From Thermodesulfobacteriota bacterium (lineage in GTDB: Bacteria > Desulfobacterota > Desulfobacteria > Desulfobacterales > JARGFK01), in NCBI GenBank assembly GCA_040757625.1, contig JBFLWU010000015.1, forward strand, positions 7,684 through 71,683: a stretch of 64,000 bases of DNA, written 5' to 3'. The notes under the pieces are model-generated. The model had not been told where the DNA came from. It saw only the letters and a list, made by a program, of their open reading frames with translations, and searched no databases. Both the position numbers and the translations under genes were made by a program. Every line of letters begins with the position of its first letter. Position 1 is the first letter of the stretch. Shown here one piece after another: positions 44,512 through 53,858 of the stretch.

Positions 44512-44958
44512 TTATTTCTTGTCTTTTTTGCCCTTGTCGTCTTTTTTTTCAGCTTTCTGGAAAAAGACAACGGTGTGGGCGACCGGATTGTATTCCCCAT
44601 CCGCTGCCGTTATTTTACAGGGGCCGGGTTTAATGATCTTCTTTTTGAGAAAGTCAGTGGCGTTCCAGGTGGTCGCCCAGGTGCCGGTTTCGTCGGCTTT
44701 GGGAAGCGGTTTCAGGGCATAGCCGATGTCGGTTTGCAATCCGCTGTCGTCATAAATAAGCAGTGAAACATCTTCACCGGGTTTAAATCCCGAACCCATA
44801 ATGACAACATCAACTTTTTTGCCTTCTTTCACTAGGGGTGTTCCCAAAGCCACTACCGGTCCCACATCGCCTGCCAGACAGGGGGCGCTGCTTCCGCTGA
44901 AACCGACTATACCGATCACAAAAAATACCGCAACTAGAAATCCAAAGCATCTTTTCAT
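44512..44958 (-). CDS. secreted protein of unknown function with a Lys-rich tail (paralog of the lipoprotein)
   Basis: N-terminal hydrophobic signal sequence. Shares the ADETGTW.TTWNA block with its paralog. The tail is FFQKAEKKDDKGKKDKK. Confidence 0.7.
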   Translation of the reverse strand: MKRCFGFLVAVFFVIGIVGFSGSSAPCLAGDVGPVVALGTPLVKEGKKVDVVIMGSGFKPGEDVSLLIYDDSGLQTDIGYALKPLPKADETGTWATTWNATDFLKKKIIKPGPCKITAADGEYNPVAHTVVFFQKAEKKDDKGKKDKK

Positions 44959-45233
44959 GTGAACCTCCTCTTTAGATTTGATAATAATACCCCATGGTTA
45001 ATAAAAAGGGTAATAAACAACCTATCGGAAAGTCATTTAAATCGACAGTCGATGCAACGAAAAAACCAAATGTGCCGGTAGTAGAGATTCTTCTATAAAC
45101 AGATAGCAGGTGCCCGCACTAAATTGAGGAGCAGCCAGGATTCTGAAAAAATGTCAGTGCTTGAAGTATAAACAAATGTTGATACACTCTCTCGTTTGAG
45201 CATCGTGAGAGGAAAGTTAATAGAACTGCAAAT

Positions 45234-45276
45234 TAGCTATAATGTGACTATAAAGAAGTGTGCGCCGCCATGTCAA
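45234..45276 (-). promoter_or_regulatory. sigma70-like promoter (T-tract, TTGACA-18-TATAGT, minus strand) with operator E
   Basis: -35 at 45276..45271 and -10 at 45252..45247. Operator TAGCTAT-AAT-GTGACTA at 45234..45250 overlaps the -10. The upstream T-tract plus cTTGACA is shared with site A. Confidence 0.55.
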
Positions 45277-45488
45277 GAAAAAAAAAGAATTTATAATGGT
45301 TTGAGATCCGGTTGTCCGCATGGCTGATTGCCCTTGAGGCAAATGAACGTCAAAACAAAACGCTATTATTGCCTTTTGACGATTACGGCATGAACAGTTA
45401 CATGCAGCTATCCGCAGCAGAGATAGCGCTGTTTGCCAGGGCGCTTGATTAAAATAATTTCTATCAAATAAAAAAAAGCCTGTCAATA

Positions 45489-47276
45489 TCACCGCGAAGC
45501 CGAAACAACATCCACCAGGGCCGGCAGCTTCCGGTTTTTAACGATGGCAAGCGCTTTTTCAAGCGCCGGCCGCAGTTCTTCCGCCCGGCGGATGGGGCCG
45601 GCGGCGTAGACGCCAAAACCTTCGGCGATTTTCTTGAAATTTACGGCCGGGTTGTCCACATGGGTCCCGATGCCGGCGTTCTCAATCGGGCGTGATCGGA
45701 ATTTTGCAATCTGGACGTTATGCTCTTCGGAATTATAGAAGGATTGATTGTTGTGCATCACAATCAGGAGCGGAATTTTATGATGCGCGGCGGTATACAA
45801 AGCACTGGCGGTCATTAGCAGATCGCCGTCGGACTGAATATCGACGCATATTTTGCCGCTGTTGCGATAGGCCAGGGCGGCTCCGATGGCGGCGCTCAAC
45901 CCATAGCCGATACCGGCGCCGCCGCTTTCGCCGATATACTGATAGGGCCGGGTCCAGTCCCAGAGTTTTCGCGCCCATTTTCTGGCGTCGCCGTTGACCA
46001 GAACCCAGTCTTCCTTGCTGATAACCGACCACAACTCCCGGGCTAGAAAAGCCGTCGATATGGTATCCGTTGGATTTTGCTGTGCCGCTGTCGACCATTT
46101 GTTTCTAAGAGCGACGTGATGCGCGGTTATGCGTTTAAATCGTGTTGCTGCGATTTTTGCGGCGGCACTGTCTTTTTTCAATAAACGCCGGCAAAGCCCG
46201 ATCAGCTCCGGCAGCGCGATGGATGTGTCCGCACAGATGGGGACATCCACCGCCTGTAGGGCATAACAGTCATTTGCCCAGCTGCGTATCAGCATATCGT
46301 TCAGGGATATATGAATAATCCGGGCCGACGGTTGGACGACAGGTTCGCAGATGCGGGTGGTGCGGTTCACCTGAACCAGCGAGCCGTAAAGATCCGGAAC
46401 ATCCAGCGCAAGAATGACGTCGGCCTTTTGTAAGAATTCCGCTGAACCGCCGGTGATGTCCAGGGGATGCGTATTGGGGAAATTAAAGCGGTTGCCCTTG
46501 TCGATAACCGGAATGGCCAGCAGTTCGGCCAGTTTTACCAGCTCGGCAACGGCACGGGGGGTGCGGCCGAGGTAATCGGCAATGATGACGGGCGTTTTGG
46601 AAGCGACCAGCAAACGGGCGGCCTGTTGCAATGCTTCACGGCTGGCTTGCAGCGGCGCCGGTGGATCATGCCGATGGACATCGGGGATCGGGATGGTCTC
46701 TTTCAGCTCATCTTCCTGAATGTCCGCGTCGAAGCAGATATAGACAGGGGCCTTCGGTTCGGTCGTGGCAATGCGATACCCGCGGATAAAAGCGTCCGGA
46801 ACGCTTCTGATGCTGAAAGGCTGGTCATCCCACTTGACATAATCGCGAACCTGGTTTCCCTGGACAAGCGCCGTGTGGACCCAGTCGGTGCGGGGGCGGC
46901 GACGGGTGGTGTCCATGGGGCCGGTTCCTCCCAGGACGATAACCGGCACCCGGTCGCACCAGGCGTTGAAAATGGCCATGCTGGCGTGCTGCAGGCCGAC
47001 AATGTCATGGGTGATCGCCGCCATCGGCTTGCCGGCGGCCTTTGCGTAGCCATGGGCGATCGCCACCGAGAATTCTTCGTGGCAGCAGAAAATGACCTCC
47101 GGATTATTATTGTCGCCGTAATTGATAATTGAATCGTGAATCCCGCGAAAGGTTGCACCGGGATTGAAGGCTGCGTATTCAATGTCAAGGGCCTTCATCA
47201 GATCCACGATCACATCGGAACCGTACCGGGGAATTCGTTTACGCCTATCTTTGTTATCAGGAGCCATCTCCGCCAT
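45489..47276 (-). CDS. thiamine-diphosphate-dependent enzyme (acetolactate-synthase-like superfamily)
   Basis: Trimmed to ATG 47276, overlapping the upstream gene's end. Three-domain ThDP architecture with a GDG...N motif (SDGDLLMTASAL...NN). Confidence 0.85.
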   Translation of the reverse strand: MAEMAPDNKDRRKRIPRYGSDVIVDLMKALDIEYAAFNPGATFRGIHDSIINYGDNNNPEVIFCCHEEFSVAIAHGYAKAAGKPMAAITHDIVGLQHASMAIFNAWCDRVPVIVLGGTGPMDTTRRRPRTDWVHTALVQGNQVRDYVKWDDQPFSIRSVPDAFIRGYRIATTEPKAPVYICFDADIQEDELKETIPIPDVHRHDPPAPLQASREALQQAARLLVASKTPVIIADYLGRTPRAVAELVKLAELLAIPVIDKGNRFNFPNTHPLDITGGSAEFLQKADVILALDVPDLYGSLVQVNRTTRICEPVVQPSARIIHISLNDMLIRSWANDCYALQAVDVPICADTSIALPELIGLCRRLLKKDSAAAKIAATRFKRITAHHVALRNKWSTAAQQNPTDTISTAFLARELWSVISKEDWVLVNGDARKWARKLWDWTRPYQYIGESGGAGIGYGLSAAIGAALAYRNSGKICVDIQSDGDLLMTASALYTAAHHKIPLLIVMHNNQSFYNSEEHNVQIAKFRSRPIENAGIGTHVDNPAVNFKKIAEGFGVYAAGPIRRAEELRPALEKALAIVKNRKLPALVDVVSASR

Positions 47277-48186
47277 GTTCCCTTTCTTTTTTCGGATCAT
47301 TTTTTGTGAGCAGGCCGTATTCCCCAAGAAGTGTTAAGGTTTCCTGAAGCGTTCCCCTGCGGGTGCCGTCTGCAGCAGCCTTGGCAAGGCCCAGGGCGGC
47401 AATCGATTCCAGAACCTTTCGCGTCGCCGGCGCCATTTCAGACGACAAGCCATAGTGTTGCAATGTCTGTTCGAGCTCAGCCATTTCCTGGGCCCGCCGA
47501 CCGGCATGAACCGGCAGGGCGCTGATTCCGCGGCCGACTTTTGCGACGAGTCCCGGAAAACGTTCATCATAACATTCGATCAATTGATCCAGCAGGTTCA
47601 AACGCTTTGCGCCTACCAACAGCTCCGTCAGCAGCCCCTGCAGCCCCTTGGTCAGGCCGGCATATATAATTTTAAAGGCGGAGGCCTGGCCGATTTCAGG
47701 ACCGAGTGTTCTTACGGAAAAGCCGTATGTTCTCAACCCCTCCATTTTATCTGCTTCCGGGCCTGATACATACAGAACGGTATCCCGCTGTAATTTGTCC
47801 GAAGACCCGATGATGCATCCGTCTATGAAGGCTACCGGAAGGTCGGCCAGCATGCACCGGATTTCTTTGGCGGTCATCGGTGAAATGGCATTTGCATCCA
47901 GAAAATACAAGCCTTCCGATTTTATGCCGGAGATGGCCGATCCCAGCTCGGCCGCCACCTGTCTGGCGGCGGAGGGAACAACCAGGGAGACGATCAGGTC
48001 GGAAGCCGAGACCAGCGCCGCCATTGAAGGAACGCAATTCACTCCGGCGTTGGCGGCACGTTGCCGTGTTAGCAAACTTCTGTTTTTATCGAAAGTGAGG
48101 ACCTCGACGTTGCTGTCCCTGAGCAGGCGGGCCCAGTGAAAACCCATTTCGCCGATGCTCAGAATGCCGATGCGTTTAAAGGTCAT
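47257..48186 (-). CDS. NAD(P)-binding 6-phosphogluconate/3-hydroxyisobutyrate-dehydrogenase-like oxidoreductase
   Basis: 309 aa. N-terminal Rossmann segment IGILSIGEMGFHWARLL. Confidence 0.75.
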   Translation of the reverse strand: MTFKRIGILSIGEMGFHWARLLRDSNVEVLTFDKNRSLLTRQRAANAGVNCVPSMAALVSASDLIVSLVVPSAARQVAAELGSAISGIKSEGLYFLDANAISPMTAKEIRCMLADLPVAFIDGCIIGSSDKLQRDTVLYVSGPEADKMEGLRTYGFSVRTLGPEIGQASAFKIIYAGLTKGLQGLLTELLVGAKRLNLLDQLIECYDERFPGLVAKVGRGISALPVHAGRRAQEMAELEQTLQHYGLSSEMAPATRKVLESIAALGLAKAAADGTRRGTLQETLTLLGEYGLLTKNDPKKEREHGGDGS

Positions 48187-48586
48187 TGCCGGCTCCTTAG
48201 GGGGGCCCCTGCGGGTGGGGATATTTTATAATATATAGGCATGCGCGCCCTGAATCGCAACAGACAGGGTATTGTCCGACCCCATATATGAGCGGGACTG
48301 CGGGGGTTGCGAGCGAATATGAGAAGTCCTTAAAGCTTGGAGATTTACTACTGAATTAAATCAGCGCTTTTAAGAATGGCTATTAACATAATAAAATAAC
48401 TATTGACAGCATTTTTAAAAAAACGATGTAATGTGAATAAAGGATCGTTGCCGACTTTTACAAAAGACCGGTGCTGGCCGCGAGAATCTGCGGTTGTGAT
48501 CTCCTGCGAAGGTGTCCCCCCCGGTGCTGCAGTCCCCCTGTCCGCACGTTCTGGATCGACATCCCCTTGAACGCTGAAATTTTTTA

Positions 48587-48633
48587 TTGACAAGCCTGTG
48601 TTGGTTTCGATATTCATAGTTATAATATAGCTG
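48587..48633 (+). promoter_or_regulatory. promoter-like TTGACA with operator F (TAGTTAT-AAT-ATAGCTG)
   Basis: -35 at 48587..48592 and operator at 48617..48633, which contains a TATAAT. It lies about 460 nt upstream of the TctA-B fusion gene. Confidence 0.45.
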
Positions 48634-49093
48634 AATTGTAATTAGATTTCAGGCGCGCGCATCCATATCTTCAACAATCTTTACTGGAAGCCTGCCCGGT
48701 GGTTTAAATCTTTATGGTGATCCAGAATGGTCTTTTACCGTCATGGTGATCCGATTCTGAAAGTTTGAAACTCACACATATGGGTGCGTCGGAGAAAGCC
48801 GGATCGAACCCGCAATGCGATCGTGCCGAAACGGTTTCAAAATGCGTTTTCAAATTTTATGCTGGGCAGCTGCTCATTTCAAGTTGAATTACGTCATATG
48901 TGCATGTTCTGGCGTTTCCGCGCTTTGAAGATAGAGCGTTTCTGACAATCAAAAATTTTTTACTGAACCGCCTGTACGCCGGTTTGTTTTAAGGCAAAAC
49001 CTGTAACCGGATGATCATTCGTTGAATCACTTTTTTGAAAAGACTGTACAAAGTCAAGGAGGGATAATTTAACAACGAAAGGGGACAAGGATA

Positions 49094-51088
49094 ATGCTTG
49101 AAGCTATCTGGCAGGGATTTTTGATGTCGATCAGCCCGAAGGTTTTGGGATTAATGGTCATAGCGTGCTTCATCGGAAACTTTTTCGGAGCGGTACCGGG
49201 CTTGGGCGGCAATCTAGCGTTGGCGCTTTTAATTCCGTTTGTCTTCGGCTGGGAACCATTTGCGGGTCTCGCATTTCTTCTGTCAATGCATGCAGTGGTC
49301 CATACCGGCGGGTCCATTCCCGGGATCCTGTTTGCCATTCCCGGCACCGGACCGACGGTTGCAACCATTGTGGACGGGTATCCCATGACCAAAATGGGTA
49401 AAGGCGGGCAGGCCATGGGCGCCCAACTGGCGGCATCAGGCTTGGGGGGAGTTATCGGCGCTTTTGTTCTGGCGCTTTTGATACCGGTGGTCAGACCCAT
49501 TGCGATCGCATTCGGTTCCCCCGAGGTACTCATGTTGATCGTTTTCGGTCTGACGTTTGTGGTTATCCTCAGCCGCGATTCCATCCCCAAGGGGTTCATG
49601 TCGGCCATGCTGGGGCTGCTGCTCAGTTCGGTGGGGCTCAATCCCCATACCGGTGTGGGGCGTTATACTTTTGACCAGTTATGGCTGTGGGACGGCATTC
49701 ACATTGTCACCCTAGTCTTGGGCCTTTTTGCCTTTGCCGAAATGATCGATCTGGGCGCCAGGGGCCGAGGCGGCCAGATCGCCCATGGCGAGGTCAAAAT
49801 GACCTGGTATCAGCTCTGGGAAGGGACCCTTGCGGTTTTCCAGAACTGGTGGCTGTCGCTGCGGACCGCCATAATCGGCACCTTTATCGGGATCATACCC
49901 GGTTTGGGCGGGGACGTGGCCACCTGGGTCTGTTACGGACATGCCGTACAAACCTGCAAAAATAATGAAAACTTCGGCAAGGGCGACATCCGTGGTGTTA
50001 TTGCGGTTGAGACCGCAAATAATGCCAAGGAAGGGGGGGCGCTGCTGCCGACAATTGTCTTCGGCATTCCCGGCAGCAGCGGTATGGCGCTTTTGCTGGG
50101 GGCTTTTCTGATACTCGGGATCACTCCCGGGCCGCAGCTCCTTACCAACCATCTGGATCTTGTCTGGGGGATGGTATGGGTACTGGTTATTTCCAACATT
50201 TTTGCAGCAATTTCCCTTTACCCCATCAGCGGATGGATGGGAAAACTGGCCTATATCCGGGGCAGCCTGTTGATTCCGCCGATCATGTTTCTGGCCGCCA
50301 TCGGCGCCTCTCTGATTCGGGGGCACTGGCAGGATTTTCTCTTCGTGGCCTTTACCGGCCTGCTGGGCTTCAGTATGAAGAAATGGAAATATCCCCGGCC
50401 GCCCATGATCCTGGGCTTTATATTGGGCCGCTTGGCCGAGGATTATTTGCATAAGTCTCTGGCCGCCTGGGGATTTGCCTTTTTACTGCGACCGGTCTGT
50501 TTCGGACTGCTGTTGCTGTCGATTGCATCCCTGGGTTATTCCATTTGGCATCAGCAACGTGAGCGCGCAAAAAAGAAGAAATCAATAAAAAATATTCCGG
50601 GGGAATTTTATTTCACCGTGTTCATGTTCGTTTTGTTTGTGCTGGGTTTTTATTTCTCGACCCGATGGGGTGTCAAGGCGCGGCTGTTCCCGCAGTTGGT
50701 CGTTATCATCGGCGGTGTGATTTCCCTGTGGCAGCTGTTTAAGATGAAAATTGTTGCAAAACAGGCCCGGGAAGCGGTTGAGATCGGCGATGAGGAAACA
50801 GAAAAGGCGCCGGGGGCCGTACGACAGATCTCGACACCCCGTAGCGAATGGACGATGATCCTGTGGGTTGCGCTCTTTTTTACCATGACCATCGTGCTGG
50901 GTTTCCATGTGTCGATGGTGCTCTATACGGTGATATTCCTTTATTTTTTTGGTCGCGAGAGTTGGAAAACCATCACGTTATTTACCATCAGCCTCTGGGT
51001 GGGTATTCATTTTACCTTTGAGGCATTTACGAAAACGACACTATACGGCGGGGTAATGGATTACTTGATTGAATATTTTTCGGGTTGA
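49094..51088 (+). CDS. tctA: TctA-TctB fusion permease (664 aa)
   Basis: The first ~500 aa are TctA-like (GAVPGLGG, GIPGSSGMALLLGA). After a KKKKS linker, the C-terminal ~150 aa resemble TctB (SEW..ILW...GESWK). Confidence 0.9.
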   Translation: MLEAIWQGFLMSISPKVLGLMVIACFIGNFFGAVPGLGGNLALALLIPFVFGWEPFAGLAFLLSMHAVVHTGGSIPGILFAIPGTGPTVATIVDGYPMTKMGKGGQAMGAQLAASGLGGVIGAFVLALLIPVVRPIAIAFGSPEVLMLIVFGLTFVVILSRDSIPKGFMSAMLGLLLSSVGLNPHTGVGRYTFDQLWLWDGIHIVTLVLGLFAFAEMIDLGARGRGGQIAHGEVKMTWYQLWEGTLAVFQNWWLSLRTAIIGTFIGIIPGLGGDVATWVCYGHAVQTCKNNENFGKGDIRGVIAVETANNAKEGGALLPTIVFGIPGSSGMALLLGAFLILGITPGPQLLTNHLDLVWGMVWVLVISNIFAAISLYPISGWMGKLAYIRGSLLIPPIMFLAAIGASLIRGHWQDFLFVAFTGLLGFSMKKWKYPRPPMILGFILGRLAEDYLHKSLAAWGFAFLLRPVCFGLLLLSIASLGYSIWHQQRERAKKKKSIKNIPGEFYFTVFMFVLFVLGFYFSTRWGVKARLFPQLVVIIGGVISLWQLFKMKIVAKQAREAVEIGDEETEKAPGAVRQISTPRSEWTMILWVALFFTMTIVLGFHVSMVLYTVIFLYFFGRESWKTITLFTISLWVGIHFTFEAFTKTTLYGGVMDYLIEYFSG

Positions 51089-51151
51089 TTGACGAGGACG
51101 TCAGTTGGATAATATCATATCTTTAACAATTATGACAAGGGGAGGGGAAGC

Positions 51152-52150
51152 ATGAGAAAAACAGCATTCTTAGCTTTACTTGCAATCTTGATTGTACTTG
51201 TATCGACAACCCATGGTGATGCCAAGCCTTATTATGAGGGCAAGGTCATCAAGATCATCGTTGCCACCAAGCCCGGCGGCGGATATGACTTCTGGGCCCG
51301 TCTGATCGGGACCTATATGGAAAAGAACCTTCCCGGCAGCACGATAATTGTCAAAAATGTCCCGGGGGCCGGCCATGTGATCGGAACCAATGAAACCTAT
51401 ATGGCCAAACCGGACGGACTGACCATCGGCACCTTCAACCGGGCGGTGGGTCTGACCCAACTGGTGGGAATGAAAGGGGTCAAGTTCGACTTTACCAAAT
51501 TCAATTGGCTGGGGTCTCCCAACTCGGAGATATACAGTTTCCTGGTGCGTTCCGATCTGTACAAGAACATAGATGATGTCCTCAAGGCGGATAACGTCCG
51601 GCTGGCAACCACCGGCCTGGGGGCCATATCCTATATCACCCCGCTGTTGTTTTATCAGGCCCTGGGAAAGAAGAATTATACCGTGGCCACCGGCTATTCC
51701 GGAGCGGAATCGGAGATGGCGGTGATGCGCAAGGAGATGGACGGTACATGGGGATCCATAGAAAGTCTGAAAACAATGTTGGATGGCGGCTTTGGAACCT
51801 GCGTCCTGCTTATCGGCAAGAAGCAGCCGGCCGGCCTGGAAAATGTACCGCTGCTGAAAGATTTTATTAAAGATGAAAAAAACAGACCGGTGGTGGAACT
51901 GCTGAACGGACTGAATATCGTCGGTCGGCCTTTTGCAGCCCCGCCAAAGGTTCCGGAAGACCGCCTCAAGATCCTTCAGGACGCCTTTTACAAAGCCTGC
52001 CACGATCCGGGATTCATTAAAGCCGTCCAAAAATCGGAAAAAACGGTAGACTTCGTGGGTCCTGATGAAGTTGACGCATGGGCCAAAAGCATGCTGAGCC
52101 TTCCGCCGGAGACGGTGAAACTCATTAAAAAAGCATATGGAATCGAATAG
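51152..52150 (+). CDS. tctC: TctC-family solute-binding protein
   Basis: Signal peptide MRKTAFLALLAILIVLVSTTHGDA. KPGGGYDFWARL. Close paralog of 7422..8420. Confidence 0.9.
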   Translation: MRKTAFLALLAILIVLVSTTHGDAKPYYEGKVIKIIVATKPGGGYDFWARLIGTYMEKNLPGSTIIVKNVPGAGHVIGTNETYMAKPDGLTIGTFNRAVGLTQLVGMKGVKFDFTKFNWLGSPNSEIYSFLVRSDLYKNIDDVLKADNVRLATTGLGAISYITPLLFYQALGKKNYTVATGYSGAESEMAVMRKEMDGTWGSIESLKTMLDGGFGTCVLLIGKKQPAGLENVPLLKDFIKDEKNRPVVELLNGLNIVGRPFAAPPKVPEDRLKILQDAFYKACHDPGFIKAVQKSEKTVDFVGPDEVDAWAKSMLSLPPETVKLIKKAYGIE

Positions 52151-52174
52151 TTTTTTTGCGTACAGGGAGGACAA

Positions 52175-53827
52175 ATGGCCAAAATGACCGGTGCCAGAGC
52201 GGTGGTCGAGGTTTTTAAGGAGGAAGGAATCCAGCATGTCTTTCACCTTCCAGGTTCCCAGATCATCGATATTCTGGACGAGATTTATCAGAGCCCGATC
52301 CGGGCCGTCATGACCCGCCACGAACAGGGGGCCGCTTTTATGGCAGAAGGATACGCGCGGGCGACCCGCGGGGTGGGCGTATGCCTGTCGACGGTCGGTC
52401 CGGGCGCCGTCAATTTGGTATCCGGCGTTGCCGCCTCCTACAAGGCCGGGACGCCGGTGATCGCCATCACCGGCGTCCATGACCAGAAAATGCTGGAGAA
52501 AGATTCGTTTCATGAGATCGATCAGGTGGGGGTCTTTAAACCCATTACCAAGTGGAGCGCCTATGTTCCGCAAAGCGAAAAAATTCCGGAGATGCTGCGC
52601 AAGGCGTTTCGCGTCGCCCTGAGCGGGCGTAGGGGGCCGGTGCACCTGGCGATACTGGATAATGCTTCGAAAGGGAGGGTCAACTTCCAGCACATTCCTC
52701 CGGCCAGGTATCGTGCCCAGACGCCGCCAACCTGCCCGGAAGAGACCATCGACCAAATGATCGGCCTGCTCCAAGGGGCGCGTTTCCCCTTTATACTGGC
52801 CGGGGTCGACACCCTGTGGTCGCGGTCGGGGGCCGACCTGATCGAGCTGGCTGAAGCTGCCGGAATCCCTGTGGGCACCTTGAGAGATTCCTGGGGGGCT
52901 TTCCCGGCTTCACATCCGCTGGGGGTTGGCTTGGTTGCCAAAGGCAGGGGCGAGGCCGGCAACCGGGCGATTCAACAAGCCGACCTGATCCTGGCGCTGG
53001 GTGTCAAATTTGATTTCCAGTCCACCCGTTATTCCTATGACGCCATACCGCATAAGGCTAAAATTATTCATGTCACGACCGATGCGGAAGAGGTCGGACG
53101 CATCTACCCGTTTGCAATCGGGGCGGTCTGCGATCCGGGACCGGTCATCAAGGCTCTTGCTGATAAAGTGAAGGCCAAGCATATTCGCTTTAATCTGATC
53201 GATACCATCAGCAAAATCAAGAAGGCGAGCAGGGACAAACTGGATGCCGAAGTTGACCTTAAGGCCGTTCCGCTTCAGCCGCAGGCGATTGTCCGTACGC
53301 TCAGAAAGACATTGCCGCCCGATACGATCATTGTGCTGGACGGCGGCAATTTTGCGAAACACGTGCGCCGGCAGTTTGATATTGTCGAACTGGACACCTA
53401 TCACTATCCGGATGATTTCGGCTCGGTGGGGGCCAGTTTTCCCATGGCCATGGGCGTCAAGCTCGCCCGTCCGGACCGGCCGGTGGTCTGCCTGAGCGGC
53501 GACGGCGCCTTTCTGTTGAACTCCCAGGAGCTTGAAACCGCCGTTCGGGAGAAGATCAACGTGCTCACGGTGGTGTTCAACGATTTTGGTTTCGGCAATG
53601 TGCGGGCTTATCAGAAAACGAAATTCGACTGCCGCTTCATGTGCGACCACGATAACCCGCCCTTTGACAAGATGGCGCGGTTGTTCAAGGCCGATGGGGC
53701 GCGCGCCGAAAGCCTGGACCAACTGGAACGGGCCGTAAAAAAAGGATTGGGCATAGGGAAACCCTATGTCGTCGATGTGATGATGACGCCTGAAGCACTG
53801 GAAAAGCCGGGGTTTGTTGGTAAATGA
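52175..53827 (+). CDS. thiamine-diphosphate-dependent enzyme (acetolactate-synthase-like)
   Basis: 550 aa. N-terminus GARAVVEVFKEEGIQHVFHLPG and ThDP motif GDGAFLLNSQELET...NN. Confidence 0.9.
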   Translation: MAKMTGARAVVEVFKEEGIQHVFHLPGSQIIDILDEIYQSPIRAVMTRHEQGAAFMAEGYARATRGVGVCLSTVGPGAVNLVSGVAASYKAGTPVIAITGVHDQKMLEKDSFHEIDQVGVFKPITKWSAYVPQSEKIPEMLRKAFRVALSGRRGPVHLAILDNASKGRVNFQHIPPARYRAQTPPTCPEETIDQMIGLLQGARFPFILAGVDTLWSRSGADLIELAEAAGIPVGTLRDSWGAFPASHPLGVGLVAKGRGEAGNRAIQQADLILALGVKFDFQSTRYSYDAIPHKAKIIHVTTDAEEVGRIYPFAIGAVCDPGPVIKALADKVKAKHIRFNLIDTISKIKKASRDKLDAEVDLKAVPLQPQAIVRTLRKTLPPDTIIVLDGGNFAKHVRRQFDIVELDTYHYPDDFGSVGASFPMAMGVKLARPDRPVVCLSGDGAFLLNSQELETAVREKINVLTVVFNDFGFGNVRAYQKTKFDCRFMCDHDNPPFDKMARLFKADGARAESLDQLERAVKKGLGIGKPYVVDVMMTPEALEKPGFVGK

Positions 53828-53858
53828 TTTAGAGCCGACCGGAAGGGAAGAGTGAACC

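Noticed and set aside
48714-48752. A 10-nt direct repeat ATGGTGATCC at 48714-48723 and 48743-48752 in the long leader of the TctA-B fusion operon.
   Set aside because: There are only two short copies, with no symmetry and no recurrence at other promoters in the window. This is too little evidence to call a regulatory site.
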